From the IMG/VR virus record IMGVR_UViG_3300050027_000006: a stretch of 64,000 bases of DNA. One strand, given 5' to 3'. Under the pieces are notes generated by a model that was not told the origin of the DNA, made no database searches, and was given only the letters and a program-made list of their open reading frames with translations. Shown one piece after another: positions 31,114 to 39,893 of the stretch. Position 1 is the stretch's first letter, and every line of letters starts with the position of its first letter. The translations under genes were made by a program, and so were the position numbers. The stretch comes from a virus.

Positions 31114-33912
31114 ATGAGCCTGTCCTGGTTGACGGGTTTCTCTACGGGTGCCACTCTGGTCGCCTCGGGTACCGGCTATGGTTCCGGCTTCACTGCCGGT
31201 AACGCCATTCAGGCTGGCGACCTCATCATCGTCACTCTGCTCTGTGGTGGTGCGGCTGCCGGTGTGATCCCCACTGCTGTCGGCATGTCCGACAACCTCG
31301 GCGCTGGCGGTGCTCCATGGACCGCCATCGTCCCGGTCACCACCAGCGTCACTGGGTCTACGCAGTGGGCCTCCATGCAGATGTGGACGAAGCGTGCAGT
31401 CGGTGGCGAGACTACCTTCACGCCTACCTTCACGCAGACGACTCATACCCGCAACTCCCTGACGGTCGATGTCATCCGAGGGTCCGAGGGTCTCGCAACC
31501 ATCGACCCGAACTGGGTCGGCAACTCTTGGACGACTGGCACCTCGAATGCCTCGACGGCTAATGACCAGTCCCTTGCGCTGGCTATGCCGAGCGGCACCA
31601 CGGCTACTCAGTCGACCTCGATGGTCTATGCCTTCACTGGGCCGGGTAACACCTTCGGTAGCATCCCCACGATCAACTCAGCCAACGTGGTGGGCGGTAC
31701 GGCCACGGCTCTCACGGGTGGTGCCTCCACGAACATGGGTGCCTCGGCCTTCTACCTGACCGCAGGCACTCCTCGTGCCGGTAGTACGGCGAACGTCTGG
31801 CGCTCATGGACGACATCCTTTACCGTCGTCAGCGCCAATGTCACCCTCTTCGAGGCTTCGACAGTCGTAGCCAAGAACCCCTTCGGATCGTGGAGGCGCA
31901 GTCCGACCATCCACCAGTGGATCGTCAATCAGGTGGTTACGACTGCCACCACCGGCACCAACCCCGCTGTCACGTTCGCCACCACTGGAACCAACTTCCA
32001 GCCCGGCGACATCCTCCTCTTCGTCGTCGGCAACGACGGTGGTACGGCTGCCCCAACTCTAGTCACTGACGGATTCGGCAACGTCGCTGCTGAGATGAAG
32101 GCCAAGGCTGCTTCAGCGTGTGCGATCTCCCTGTGGGGCTTCGTCATCCCCACGGGCGCCATCGTCAACACGAACATCGGACCTACATGGACGATCAACC
32201 AGAATAACTGCTCGGTCATCGCCTATGACCTCGCTGGCGGTACTGCCTCCGTCCCGATGACGACCTCCGGGGTCCCATATTTCGACACCTCTGCTCTCGG
32301 CTCCTTCACTGCCGCCACCGACTCTAGTGGAGCTACCTCGGTCACCAACGGATTCGGTGGCGAGTTCATCCTTCATGGCTCTGCTGTCACCGCTGCTATC
32401 ACGGCACCGAGCGTCACGCCGTCAACGAACCCGGCTCCGAACTTCAGAGGGTTCACTGCTATCGGAACGCCGGACTCTGCCTCCGCCAGCATCGTCACAT
32501 TGTCGAGCTACGACCAGTTCGCCGCTGGCGGTAAGACTTACAACCCGATACATTCATGGACCACAAGCCGCATCGGCGCCTCGTTCACGTATGCTCTGCG
32601 TCAGCAGATCACAAACCAGTCGGCCGAACTGGACACCACCTTCAGTGCCGTCGCTACGGCTACCATCACTGTCGCTGGCACTGGCGCAGAGACAACCACC
32701 TTCACTGGATCTGCCGCTGGTGCGGTCACCGTCCCGTCGACTGCCACCACCTCGATCACCTTCACCTCTGTTGCTGCGGGCATCGTAGGCTACCCCTCCA
32801 CGGGCGAACTCGACACAAGCTTCACGAGCGTTGCCTCGGCCACGATCACCGTACCGGCCACTGGCGAGGCTGACACCACCTTCAACGGCACGGCCTCGGG
32901 TACCGTCAATGTCTTCGGGTCCGGCGAACTCGATATCACGGTCACCACCTCGGCGGCAGGTCTGGTGGTCCTCACTGGTACCGGCGAGCTAGATGTCGCC
33001 TTCACGAGTGAGGCTGACGCAACTGTCTCGATCGCCTCCTCGGCCAACGCTGACGTAGCCTTCACCGGAGACTCCACGGCTACGGTCACAGTCAACGCTA
33101 CGGGCGAACTCGACATCACCTTCACGAGCGCTGGTACGGCAACTGTCTCGATCGTCTCGTCAGCAGGACTCGACATCGGCTTCGTCTCCTCGGCTACCGC
33201 AACCGTCAAGATCCCGGCTACCGGAGAGCTTGACATCGGCTACTCTTCCGTCGCTGCTCCTGTGGACGTCGTGGTGGCAACAGGCGAACTCGACATCGGC
33301 TTCACTGGCGTGGCGGCAGGACAGCAGGAGCTTCCTGGTACCGGCACTCTCAACGTAGGCTTCATCTCTCTGGCCACGGCCACAGTCTCGATCGATGCCA
33401 CCGCAGAACTCGACATCGCCTTCACTGACCTCGCAGCCGGTGCGGTCCATGTCTCTGGTACTGGTGAACTCGACATCGCCTTCGAGGGCGTAGCCTCTGT
33501 CAACCTCAACAGGGATGGCTCTGGCGAGCTTGACATCGCCTTCGAGAGCTTGGCTACCTACTCTGTCGAGGATGACGGCGAGGCTGCCTTCGGTGCTGCC
33601 TTCACGAGCTTGGCGGTCGGCACCATCACCATCCCGGCCACTGGTGAGCTACAGATCGGCTTCGGCTCATCAGCGGCGAACCGTCGTGATGGCACATGCA
33701 CAGTGGACATCGGCTTCACTAGCCTCGCTCGGGGCGCCTGGGTTACCGCTCCGGCAGTCCCCTTCGTAGAGCAGGGCATGATCTTCGGGGTCCCGGCCAT
33801 CCTCGAAGTCTCACAGCCCGGCCCCGGCCAGGACAGAGACCCGGCCAACTCCTCACAGCCTGTGGCCACGCAGACGTTCAAGCCCGGCAACGGCCCCTGG
33901 CCACCTGCCTAA
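31114..33912 (+). CDS. tail fibre-like protein with 19 x 20-aa tandem repeats
   Basis: 932 aa. The N-terminal module AGDLIIVTLL parallels 29432. The C-terminal half is a TGELDI(A/G)FTSxAxATVxI repeat array. Confidence 0.7.
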   Translation: MSLSWLTGFSTGATLVASGTGYGSGFTAGNAIQAGDLIIVTLLCGGAAAGVIPTAVGMSDNLGAGGAPWTAIVPVTTSVTGSTQWASMQMWTKRAVGGETTFTPTFTQTTHTRNSLTVDVIRGSEGLATIDPNWVGNSWTTGTSNASTANDQSLALAMPSGTTATQSTSMVYAFTGPGNTFGSIPTINSANVVGGTATALTGGASTNMGASAFYLTAGTPRAGSTANVWRSWTTSFTVVSANVTLFEASTVVAKNPFGSWRRSPTIHQWIVNQVVTTATTGTNPAVTFATTGTNFQPGDILLFVVGNDGGTAAPTLVTDGFGNVAAEMKAKAASACAISLWGFVIPTGAIVNTNIGPTWTINQNNCSVIAYDLAGGTASVPMTTSGVPYFDTSALGSFTAATDSSGATSVTNGFGGEFILHGSAVTAAITAPSVTPSTNPAPNFRGFTAIGTPDSASASIVTLSSYDQFAAGGKTYNPIHSWTTSRIGASFTYALRQQITNQSAELDTTFSAVATATITVAGTGAETTTFTGSAAGAVTVPSTATTSITFTSVAAGIVGYPSTGELDTSFTSVASATITVPATGEADTTFNGTASGTVNVFGSGELDITVTTSAAGLVVLTGTGELDVAFTSEADATVSIASSANADVAFTGDSTATVTVNATGELDITFTSAGTATVSIVSSAGLDIGFVSSATATVKIPATGELDIGYSSVAAPVDVVVATGELDIGFTGVAAGQQELPGTGTLNVGFISLATATVSIDATAELDIAFTDLAAGAVHVSGTGELDIAFEGVASVNLNRDGSGELDIAFESLATYSVEDDGEAAFGAAFTSLAVGTITIPATGELQIGFGSSAANRRDGTCTVDIGFTSLARGAWVTAPAVPFVEQGMIFGVPAILEVSQPGPGQDRDPANSSQPVATQTFKPGNGPWPPA
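32620..33745 (+). repeat. in-frame 60-nt tandem repeat array (about 19 units)
   Basis: Units such as TGELDIAFTDLAAGAVHVSG, TGELDITFTSAGTATVSIVS and TGELDIGFTGVAAGQQELPG. The DNA core ggcgaactcgacatc recurs. The array generates shadow ORFs on both strands. Confidence 0.85.
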
Positions 33913-33924
33913 CCCCCCGAATAT

Positions 33925-33938
33925 CCACCTAAGAGGCG
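33925..33938 (+). promoter_or_regulatory. CCACCTAAGAGGCG motif copy
   Basis: Lies 10 nt upstream of ATG 33948 and overlaps the RBS GAGGCGGAGG. Confidence 0.4.
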
Positions 33939-33947
33939 GAGGTACCA

Positions 33948-35693
33948 ATGTCAACCACTAGCCCTATCCTCAACCTGACGCTGCCCGCCAGCGATGGATC
34001 GGACCCGTTCAGCCTTGCCGATGACTTCCTCAACAACTGGGCCATCCTAGACGCCTCTCCTGGCGTCCTCATCACTGCGATCGCAGATCTGCCCACTCTC
34101 GACAACGACCAGATCGGTCGCCTCGCCTTCATCTCAGACATGGGCGCCGACTTCCTACTGGTATGGGATGGAGTCGGCCCCGGATGGGTCCCGCCCAACG
34201 GTAACTTCGGTGACGTGGAGATCAACGGCTCGATGCAGGGCAACATCGACATGGCTGGCTATCGCCTCAACAACCTCTCCGATGGCTCTGGTCAGCAGGC
34301 GGCTACCGCTGCTCAGCTAGCGACCGCAGTCGAGTTCCTTTCCACCGGAGCGAGCACGCTGGAGCTGTCGTACAACGGCAACGGGCCTACGGACTGTCAG
34401 GTGCTAAATGGCCTGTCGTGGAATCCTAGCCATGGTGGCCTCGTCTTCATCGTCATTCCCGCTGCTCTCTGTGGCCTGGGCGAGGACGTACCGGCCTTCG
34501 CCTATGTCGATACCAGTGGCATCATCGAGTGGTTCTCGTACCTAGCGAGCGGCAGTCTCGTCGGCTACGATGCCAACGGCAACCAGATCGGCACATTCCT
34601 CTCCTCAGCCAACGGCAACGCCACCCTCGACCCAGACGGCAGCTTCGTCATCGATGCAGTGAGCTACAACTGGGTCTTCTCGCCCACCGAGAACAGCTTG
34701 CAGTTCCCGACCGGCTACAAGCTCTGGTTCGCTAACCTCGTCAGCGACTTGGTTGGCAGCGGCCAGGCGGGAGACACGGCGGTGCTCTCGAACAACGGGC
34801 AACCGATCTTCGCTATCAACTTCGGTGGCACATGGGAGCAGTACGCTCCTGCGGCTGCTGGGGGGCCGACTGTGCGTGCCTTCCCGTTCGACTACACGAC
34901 CGGTGATGTTAACTCCTTCTACACGCCTCAGTCGGGAGAGATCCTCTTGAACGCATGGGTCGAGGTCGACGTAGCATGGAACGGCACCACGCCTAAGGCC
35001 GACATCTTCCTGAGCCAGTCCTCCGTTGGGATGCTCTCGTCACTTGGGTTCACAATCGATCTGACACAAGCAGACTCCGACGCAGGACAGACACAACTCC
35101 TCAACAACTTGGTGACTTATGCCTCGCTCGATCTGGCTACTGCACAGGTCTACGCCATAGGCCCCTCTATTCCTGCTACTCCTGTGCGCTGCGTCCCCGC
35201 CAAGATCCTCGATGGCAACGTCTTCGAGATCGTAGTCTCGCAGGACGGCAACAGGGGTCATGCTGGCGAGGCTGTAGGCACTACAGTGACTCTCCCCGTC
35301 ACGATCTCAGCCGGAGTGAATGACACTTTCGTAGTGACCTGCTCTACTGACTCATCCTCACCCGAGACATTCACTATCCCACCCGGCACCTACAACACGA
35401 TCTCCGAGCTATCCGACGCTGTGAACCTCGCTACTGGGACGACCAGTGACAACATCACTACGGTTCTCAACCCTAGCGTGGCGACCTTCTCGCCCCCGGT
35501 ACTCCGTTTCGATGAGGTCACCGCTGGCCTGTTCAACAACGCTGACACGATCACGGAGGGCAACGGTGGTGCCGCAGCCATCGGCTTCATCGGCACTGTT
35601 CCCTTCACTGGCGGTACGGGTGGGGCCACTGGCTCTACACAAGGTTCGGGTGTCATCTACATCGAGACGGTTGTCCCGAAGGCAGGAGCATAG
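33948..35693 (+). CDS. tail fibre / spike protein
   Basis: The N-terminus (ILNLTLPASDGSDPFSLADDFLNNWAILD...NIDMAGYRLNNLSDGSGQQAATAAQL) is typical of phage fibre N-termini. Confidence 0.65.
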   Translation: MSTTSPILNLTLPASDGSDPFSLADDFLNNWAILDASPGVLITAIADLPTLDNDQIGRLAFISDMGADFLLVWDGVGPGWVPPNGNFGDVEINGSMQGNIDMAGYRLNNLSDGSGQQAATAAQLATAVEFLSTGASTLELSYNGNGPTDCQVLNGLSWNPSHGGLVFIVIPAALCGLGEDVPAFAYVDTSGIIEWFSYLASGSLVGYDANGNQIGTFLSSANGNATLDPDGSFVIDAVSYNWVFSPTENSLQFPTGYKLWFANLVSDLVGSGQAGDTAVLSNNGQPIFAINFGGTWEQYAPAAAGGPTVRAFPFDYTTGDVNSFYTPQSGEILLNAWVEVDVAWNGTTPKADIFLSQSSVGMLSSLGFTIDLTQADSDAGQTQLLNNLVTYASLDLATAQVYAIGPSIPATPVRCVPAKILDGNVFEIVVSQDGNRGHAGEAVGTTVTLPVTISAGVNDTFVVTCSTDSSSPETFTIPPGTYNTISELSDAVNLATGTTSDNITTVLNPSVATFSPPVLRFDEVTAGLFNNADTITEGNGGAAAIGFIGTVPFTGGTGGATGSTQGSGVIYIETVVPKAGA

Positions 35694-35694
35694 G

Positions 35695-36666
35695 ATGCCC
35701 AACTACGGATCAGGACCCTACGGTGGTGGACCTTACGGCTTCGGCGCCGGACCGCTTGTGCCCGACTACGGGCTAGACCAGAGCGCACCTCAGCCCGACC
35801 CGACGACGCACCTTGTCGACCGCTACTACATGTCGCAGTTCGACACCTCGACTGTCGGCATCACTGTCTTCGTCGCTGGACAGCAGGGCGACCCGGACGG
35901 CGATGTGGTCACGGTGTCGATGTACGACATCAACGAGAACGTGGTCTTCAGCCAGGCGGCTCTCCGCAGCAGCGTAGGCAACTACCAGATGACCTTCACC
36001 ACGGAGCAGTCTGCTGTTCCGGGCTTCTACACGCTCGCATGGGACTTCACCATCGCATCGCAGCCGCAGGAGCTTCAGACCTACATCCAGATCGGCGCCA
36101 CCAACCCGGCCTACGACAAGCTCGATGCTGGCATGAAGAACATCGTGGAGAGCGTGTGGATTCGCTTCGCTGACATGTTCGACAGTCCTCAAGGTGGACC
36201 TCACCTTCAGGTGTTCTTCCAGACCGCCTTCTCTCGTGGTCGCCTGGCGCAGCTTCTTCAGATCGCCCTCAACAAGATCAACCTCACCATGCAGCCCGCC
36301 TTCAGCTTCACGCTGACGCCGGGCAGTGAGTTCCCCTATCAGGACTGGGGCGGTCTGCTCGAACAGGGTCTCTACATCGAGACCATCCGCCACCTCATCC
36401 GCTCCTACGTCGAGATGCCGATGCCTACTGGTGTCACTGTCTCTCGTATGGACCGTAGAGACTTCTCGGACCGTTGGCAGAACGTGTACGAGATGGAGAA
36501 CGCTGACTACATGAACATGCTCAGCGACTTCAAGATCCAGATGATGTTCCTGTCCCGTCCTCGTGTCCTCGTCTCTGGTGGCGCCTACGGCAACTGGGGA
36601 CCGACAAGGCTCCCGGGGTCCGCCGCTGCACGGGGCATCAATCGGGTCTGGGCGGCGTTTTACTAG
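35695..36666 (+). CDS. virion structural protein (function unknown)
   Basis: Start at MPNYGSGPYGGGPYG (RBS GGCAGGAG). The track start at 35446 overlaps the upstream gene. Confidence 0.65.
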   Translation: MPNYGSGPYGGGPYGFGAGPLVPDYGLDQSAPQPDPTTHLVDRYYMSQFDTSTVGITVFVAGQQGDPDGDVVTVSMYDINENVVFSQAALRSSVGNYQMTFTTEQSAVPGFYTLAWDFTIASQPQELQTYIQIGATNPAYDKLDAGMKNIVESVWIRFADMFDSPQGGPHLQVFFQTAFSRGRLAQLLQIALNKINLTMQPAFSFTLTPGSEFPYQDWGGLLEQGLYIETIRHLIRSYVEMPMPTGVTVSRMDRRDFSDRWQNVYEMENADYMNMLSDFKIQMMFLSRPRVLVSGGAYGNWGPTRLPGSAAARGINRVWAAFY

Positions 36667-36667
36667 A

Positions 36668-36676
36668 TGGTAAGAT
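36668..36676 (+). promoter_or_regulatory. extended -10 box TGgTAAGAT
   Basis: Six nt before ATG 36683. Part of a 19-nt block ATGGTAAGATAGAGTGATG that is repeated at 37821. Confidence 0.45.
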
Positions 36677-36682
36677 AGAGTG

Positions 36683-37165
36683 ATGAAGAAGACATGTACT
36701 CGCTGTGGTGAAGAGAAGCCGCTTGAGGACTACCACCGCAATCACGTCGCCAAGGACGGTCGTAATCCTCGGTGCAAGAAGTGTGCCATCGAGGTAGCTG
36801 CCCAGTGGCAGAAGGACAACCGAGATCGCCATGCGGAGTTCGTCCGTGCGTATGCTCAGAGCAACCCTGTAGCAGTACGAGAGAAGAACCGCAGAGCTAA
36901 GATCAAGCGCAAGCGTCTCTTGGCTTCAGCCGAGCAGGACGACCATACGGCTCTAGAGATCTTTGAGCGAGACGCATGGATCTGTCAACTGTGCTTCGAG
37001 CCGATCGATGCTGCACTGAAGCACCCCAACGTGCGTGCCGCCTCTCGGGATCATGTAGTCCCCATCTCGTGTGGTGGTGATGACACGAGAGAGAACGTAC
37101 AGGCCGCTCACTACGAGTGCAACCTACGCAAGGGCAATCGTGTTGAGGAGGTCTCGTGTCTCTAG
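36683..37165 (+). CDS. HNH homing endonuclease
   Basis: SRDHVVPISCGGDDTRENVQAAHYECNLRKG. N-terminal CTRCG..CKKC module. The track ORF starts at GTG 36680. Confidence 0.85.
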   Translation: MKKTCTRCGEEKPLEDYHRNHVAKDGRNPRCKKCAIEVAAQWQKDNRDRHAEFVRAYAQSNPVAVREKNRRAKIKRKRLLASAEQDDHTALEIFERDAWICQLCFEPIDAALKHPNVRAASRDHVVPISCGGDDTRENVQAAHYECNLRKGNRVEEVSCL

Positions 37166-37416
37166 GCCGACAGATAGAACGGCACCTCCGATACCCCGTG
37201 GCGTGCGTGTGCGCCTACGAGACCTTCGCCATCATGACCAACAAGGTTCCCACAGTCTCTCACCTCTGCTGGAAGCAGAAGATCCTGATCCCCGTTATCC
37301 TCGGGGGTCTAGCTGCGCACCTCATCATCCCTCACAAGGTCGATGGCACTAGCCCCCTGGCTGACTTCGATAGCCATCTCCCCGCAGGCCACCCGGACAA
37401 GATCATCGGTACCTGA
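37156..37416 (+). CDS. small membrane protein
   Basis: GTG start overlaps the HNH gene end. Hydrophobic segment KILIPVILGGLAAHLII. Lower-GC island. Confidence 0.45.
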   Translation: MSLGRQIERHLRYPVACVCAYETFAIMTNKVPTVSHLCWKQKILIPVILGGLAAHLIIPHKVDGTSPLADFDSHLPAGHPDKIIGT

Positions 37417-37832
37417 TGCCTGTCGTCACTCCTCAACAGTACGAAGATGCCATCGAGACGGAGATGCGTGGGCATCCGAGATCTGGATTCCTTACCTACT
37501 ATCCCGCTTCGAAGATCCTCTCTGAGCGCATGATCCCCATCCTTGAGCATGATGGCCAAGCAGGCATCCTAGTGTGGAAGCACGATGGCCATATAGAAGC
37601 CGCTGGACTCTTCAACAACTCTGGTGTGCCCAACGCAGGCAAGGATCTCCTCAAGCGAGTCATCGACCAATATGGTGTCAACTATGTTGAGGCGTTCGAG
37701 CCACTCAACAAGATCTATGAGTCTCTCGGCTTTCACACTGAGAGCAAGGACGCATGGGACGATCAGTACGCCCCGGCCTCGTGGAACTATGCTGCACACG
37801 GTACTCCGTCAGTGCACTACATGGTAAGATAG
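37416..37832 (+). CDS. possible GNAT-like acetyltransferase
   Basis: TGATG coupling. ...GVPNAGKDLLKRVIDQYG...IYESLGFH loosely resembles GNAT motif A and the C-terminal segment. Weak call. Confidence 0.4.
   Translation: MPVVTPQQYEDAIETEMRGHPRSGFLTYYPASKILSERMIPILEHDGQAGILVWKHDGHIEAAGLFNNSGVPNAGKDLLKRVIDQYGVNYVEAFEPLNKIYESLGFHTESKDAWDDQYAPASWNYAAHGTPSVHYMVR
37822..37830 (+). promoter_or_regulatory. extended -10 box TGgTAAGAT
   Basis: Six nt before ATG 37837. The 19-nt block ATGGTAAGATAGATTGATG matches 36667-36685 at 18/19 positions. Confidence 0.45.
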
Positions 37833-37836
37833 ATTG

Positions 37837-38322
37837 ATGCGTGAGATCCCACTGACCCAAGGCAAGGTCGCCCTCGTTGATGACGAGGACTACGAATGGC
37901 TGTCACAGTGGAAGTGGTTCGCCTATCACGACCGTAGTGGCACGTGGTATGCACGCCGCAACATCCGATTGCCCGATGGCCGCATGGGAATCTTGTCGAT
38001 GCAGAATGCTGTCCGTGCTATGGATGCGGGGTATCTATGCGATCATGAGGACGGCGATGGTCTGAACAACCAACGCTATAATCTACGCAGAGCTACTAAG
38101 AATCAGAATGTACGCAACCGGAAGAAGCAGCGCAACAATACCTCGGGCTACCGAGGAGTGAGTTGGGATGCGGAGAAGCAGAAGTGGCGAGCGCAGATCC
38201 GAGTCGATACTAAGGGCATCTCACTGGGACGCTTCAGTGATCCCGAGGACGCCGCACGAGCTTACAATGCAGCCGCACTCAAGCACTTCGGTGAGTTCGC
38301 CCGCTTGAATGAGGTACCGTAA
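37837..38322 (+). CDS. HNH (HNH_3) + AP2-domain homing endonuclease
   Basis: CDHEDGDGLNNQRYNLRRATKNQN, then YRGVSWDAEKQKWRAQIRVDTKGISLGRFSDPEDAARAYNAAA (AP2 domain). Confidence 0.85.
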   Translation: MREIPLTQGKVALVDDEDYEWLSQWKWFAYHDRSGTWYARRNIRLPDGRMGILSMQNAVRAMDAGYLCDHEDGDGLNNQRYNLRRATKNQNVRNRKKQRNNTSGYRGVSWDAEKQKWRAQIRVDTKGISLGRFSDPEDAARAYNAAALKHFGEFARLNEVP

Positions 38323-39536
38323 TGCTGACGATGGCCACGGTACACCAAGCAGAGACGGCCAAGGCTCCGTGCCCTCAGTGTGGCTCGAACGACGTGGAGC
38401 GCACACCTCTGCCCGACGAGCACGCAGACGGTAAGGAGCGTGTGGATAGTACATGCTCCGGCTGTGGTCTCAACAGAGGCGACAGCACCCGCAGCACGAA
38501 CAAGCATCGAGTGCGTAACCATCCCCTCATCTACCCCGAGGGCCAGACGGCTCCCCATCACACCGCAGCCCCGGTGGACTACTACCTCATGGGCAACAAT
38601 GGCCAGTGGGAAGCTCGCTGTGCTCATGGTGGCTGTGGCTTCCGAGTGCGTGAGGACGACAAGCGCACCGCCGAAGGCCGCATCGAGAACCACGTGCGTT
38701 GCCACAAGAGCGCCTCAAAGATTGCGGCCTCTGACGACATCCAGAAGATCAAGGACGCCATCAACCACTGTGATGCCTATGACAGCGTGTCCATGTGGCT
38801 CGACCCACAGGGCAACATCAGCGTGGTCGCCTGGCATGGCGGCGAGAGTGCCATCTACTCGAAGTTCGATCAGGGGTACGTGCGTCTGCACTGGGACCCT
38901 CGCACCTTCATCGTCCACTTCAAGTCAGCGCTCACCCCTGCACAAGGCGTAGCGCTGTTCACGTTGCTCGAAGCCATCCACATGCCGAACGTCACCGTGC
39001 AGTCGCCTGGTGGTGGTGTCCATGTCGACACCTCTCGCAACCCGTCGAGCCAGATGAAGCTCATCCGCAATGCCCTCCTCAAGCAGGCCACACCATCACC
39101 TCAGGACATCAAGGCGGCGTGCTGGTCCAAGGGCTTCTTCGAACTGATGGCCAAGGAGTTCGGCGCACGAGGCAATGACCCTGTGCATGGTGCGTGCCGC
39201 CTCGTGATGGAAGCGCTCAAGATCATCTTCCCATCCGGCGAGAAGATGGCCACCGTCCTCGACCGAGGAGATAGCCCCGATGCCGTCGAGTTCTTCAAGA
39301 CACACCAGCCCATCGTGCAGCACTACGTGCTCAAGATCGGCAACATGTACCTCGACGGCAATGGCGCCCACACCGCTCAGGACATCACCACGGACGAGGA
39401 GCTAGGTGGGTGGCGTGAGATCCCCAACCTCATCATCCCTGCCACGCAGCAACTCATCGACAGCAACCGTGGCATCTCCTGCCCTCCTGGCGCTGCACAG
39501 CGTGCAGCCCAGTACATCCTTGACTACAAGGGCTAG
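38322..39536 (+). CDS. Zn-ribbon N-terminal protein, function unknown
   Basis: ATGA-type coupling. CPQCG..CSGCG ribbon. KSASKIAAS linker resembling the SKTA motif. Confidence 0.7.
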   Translation: MLTMATVHQAETAKAPCPQCGSNDVERTPLPDEHADGKERVDSTCSGCGLNRGDSTRSTNKHRVRNHPLIYPEGQTAPHHTAAPVDYYLMGNNGQWEARCAHGGCGFRVREDDKRTAEGRIENHVRCHKSASKIAASDDIQKIKDAINHCDAYDSVSMWLDPQGNISVVAWHGGESAIYSKFDQGYVRLHWDPRTFIVHFKSALTPAQGVALFTLLEAIHMPNVTVQSPGGGVHVDTSRNPSSQMKLIRNALLKQATPSPQDIKAACWSKGFFELMAKEFGARGNDPVHGACRLVMEALKIIFPSGEKMATVLDRGDSPDAVEFFKTHQPIVQHYVLKIGNMYLDGNGAHTAQDITTDEELGGWREIPNLIIPATQQLIDSNRGISCPPGAAQRAAQYILDYKG

Positions 39537-39549
39537 CCTCTGATACGCT
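39520..39549 (+). promoter_or_regulatory. sigma70-type promoter TTGACT-N18-TGaTACGCT
   Basis: The -35 lies inside the end of the upstream gene. The -10 TACGCT is 6 nt before ATG 39556, suggesting a leaderless mRNA. Confidence 0.5.
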
Positions 39550-39555
39550 GCATCC

Positions 39556-39831
39556 ATGAAGGTCTGGATAGATGATACGCTCTGCACTGGCGACGGACTT
39601 TGCATTCAGGACGTGCCCCGAGTCTTCGACTGGGGTGACGACGACCTCGCCTACGTCAAGGGCGATGCTGGCATCCTAGGCCCGAGGGACCTGGCCACCG
39701 TCCCGGCTGAGTTCGAGGATCGTGTGGTGGACGCAGCCATCCGCTGCCCAGGCCAGTGCATCTTCATCGAGGAGCACGACGAGATCCCCTACACGCCCGA
39801 GACTGAGGGCACCCGACCTCGCATCCGATAG
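39556..39831 (+). CDS. ferredoxin (single Fe-S cluster, actinobacterial 3Fe-4S/4Fe-4S type)
   Basis: MKVWIDDTLCTGDGLCIQDVPRVF....DAAIRCPGQCIFIEE gives the CxxxGxC...CP pattern. Confidence 0.75.
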   Translation: MKVWIDDTLCTGDGLCIQDVPRVFDWGDDDLAYVKGDAGILGPRDLATVPAEFEDRVVDAAIRCPGQCIFIEEHDEIPYTPETEGTRPRIR

Positions 39832-39893
39832 GACTTGCGCTGAGGCTCGAAGTGTAGTACGATCTCCCCCGTTCCAGTGAGAGGGAGAGATCA

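Noticed and set aside
32620-33745. A CRISPR-like array, suggested by the regular 60-nt periodicity. The same question applies to 47016-47227, with 12-nt periodicity.
   Set aside because: The repeats are contiguous, with no unique spacers. They are in-frame, degenerate at the codon level and part of long protein-coding ORFs. No cas genes are present.
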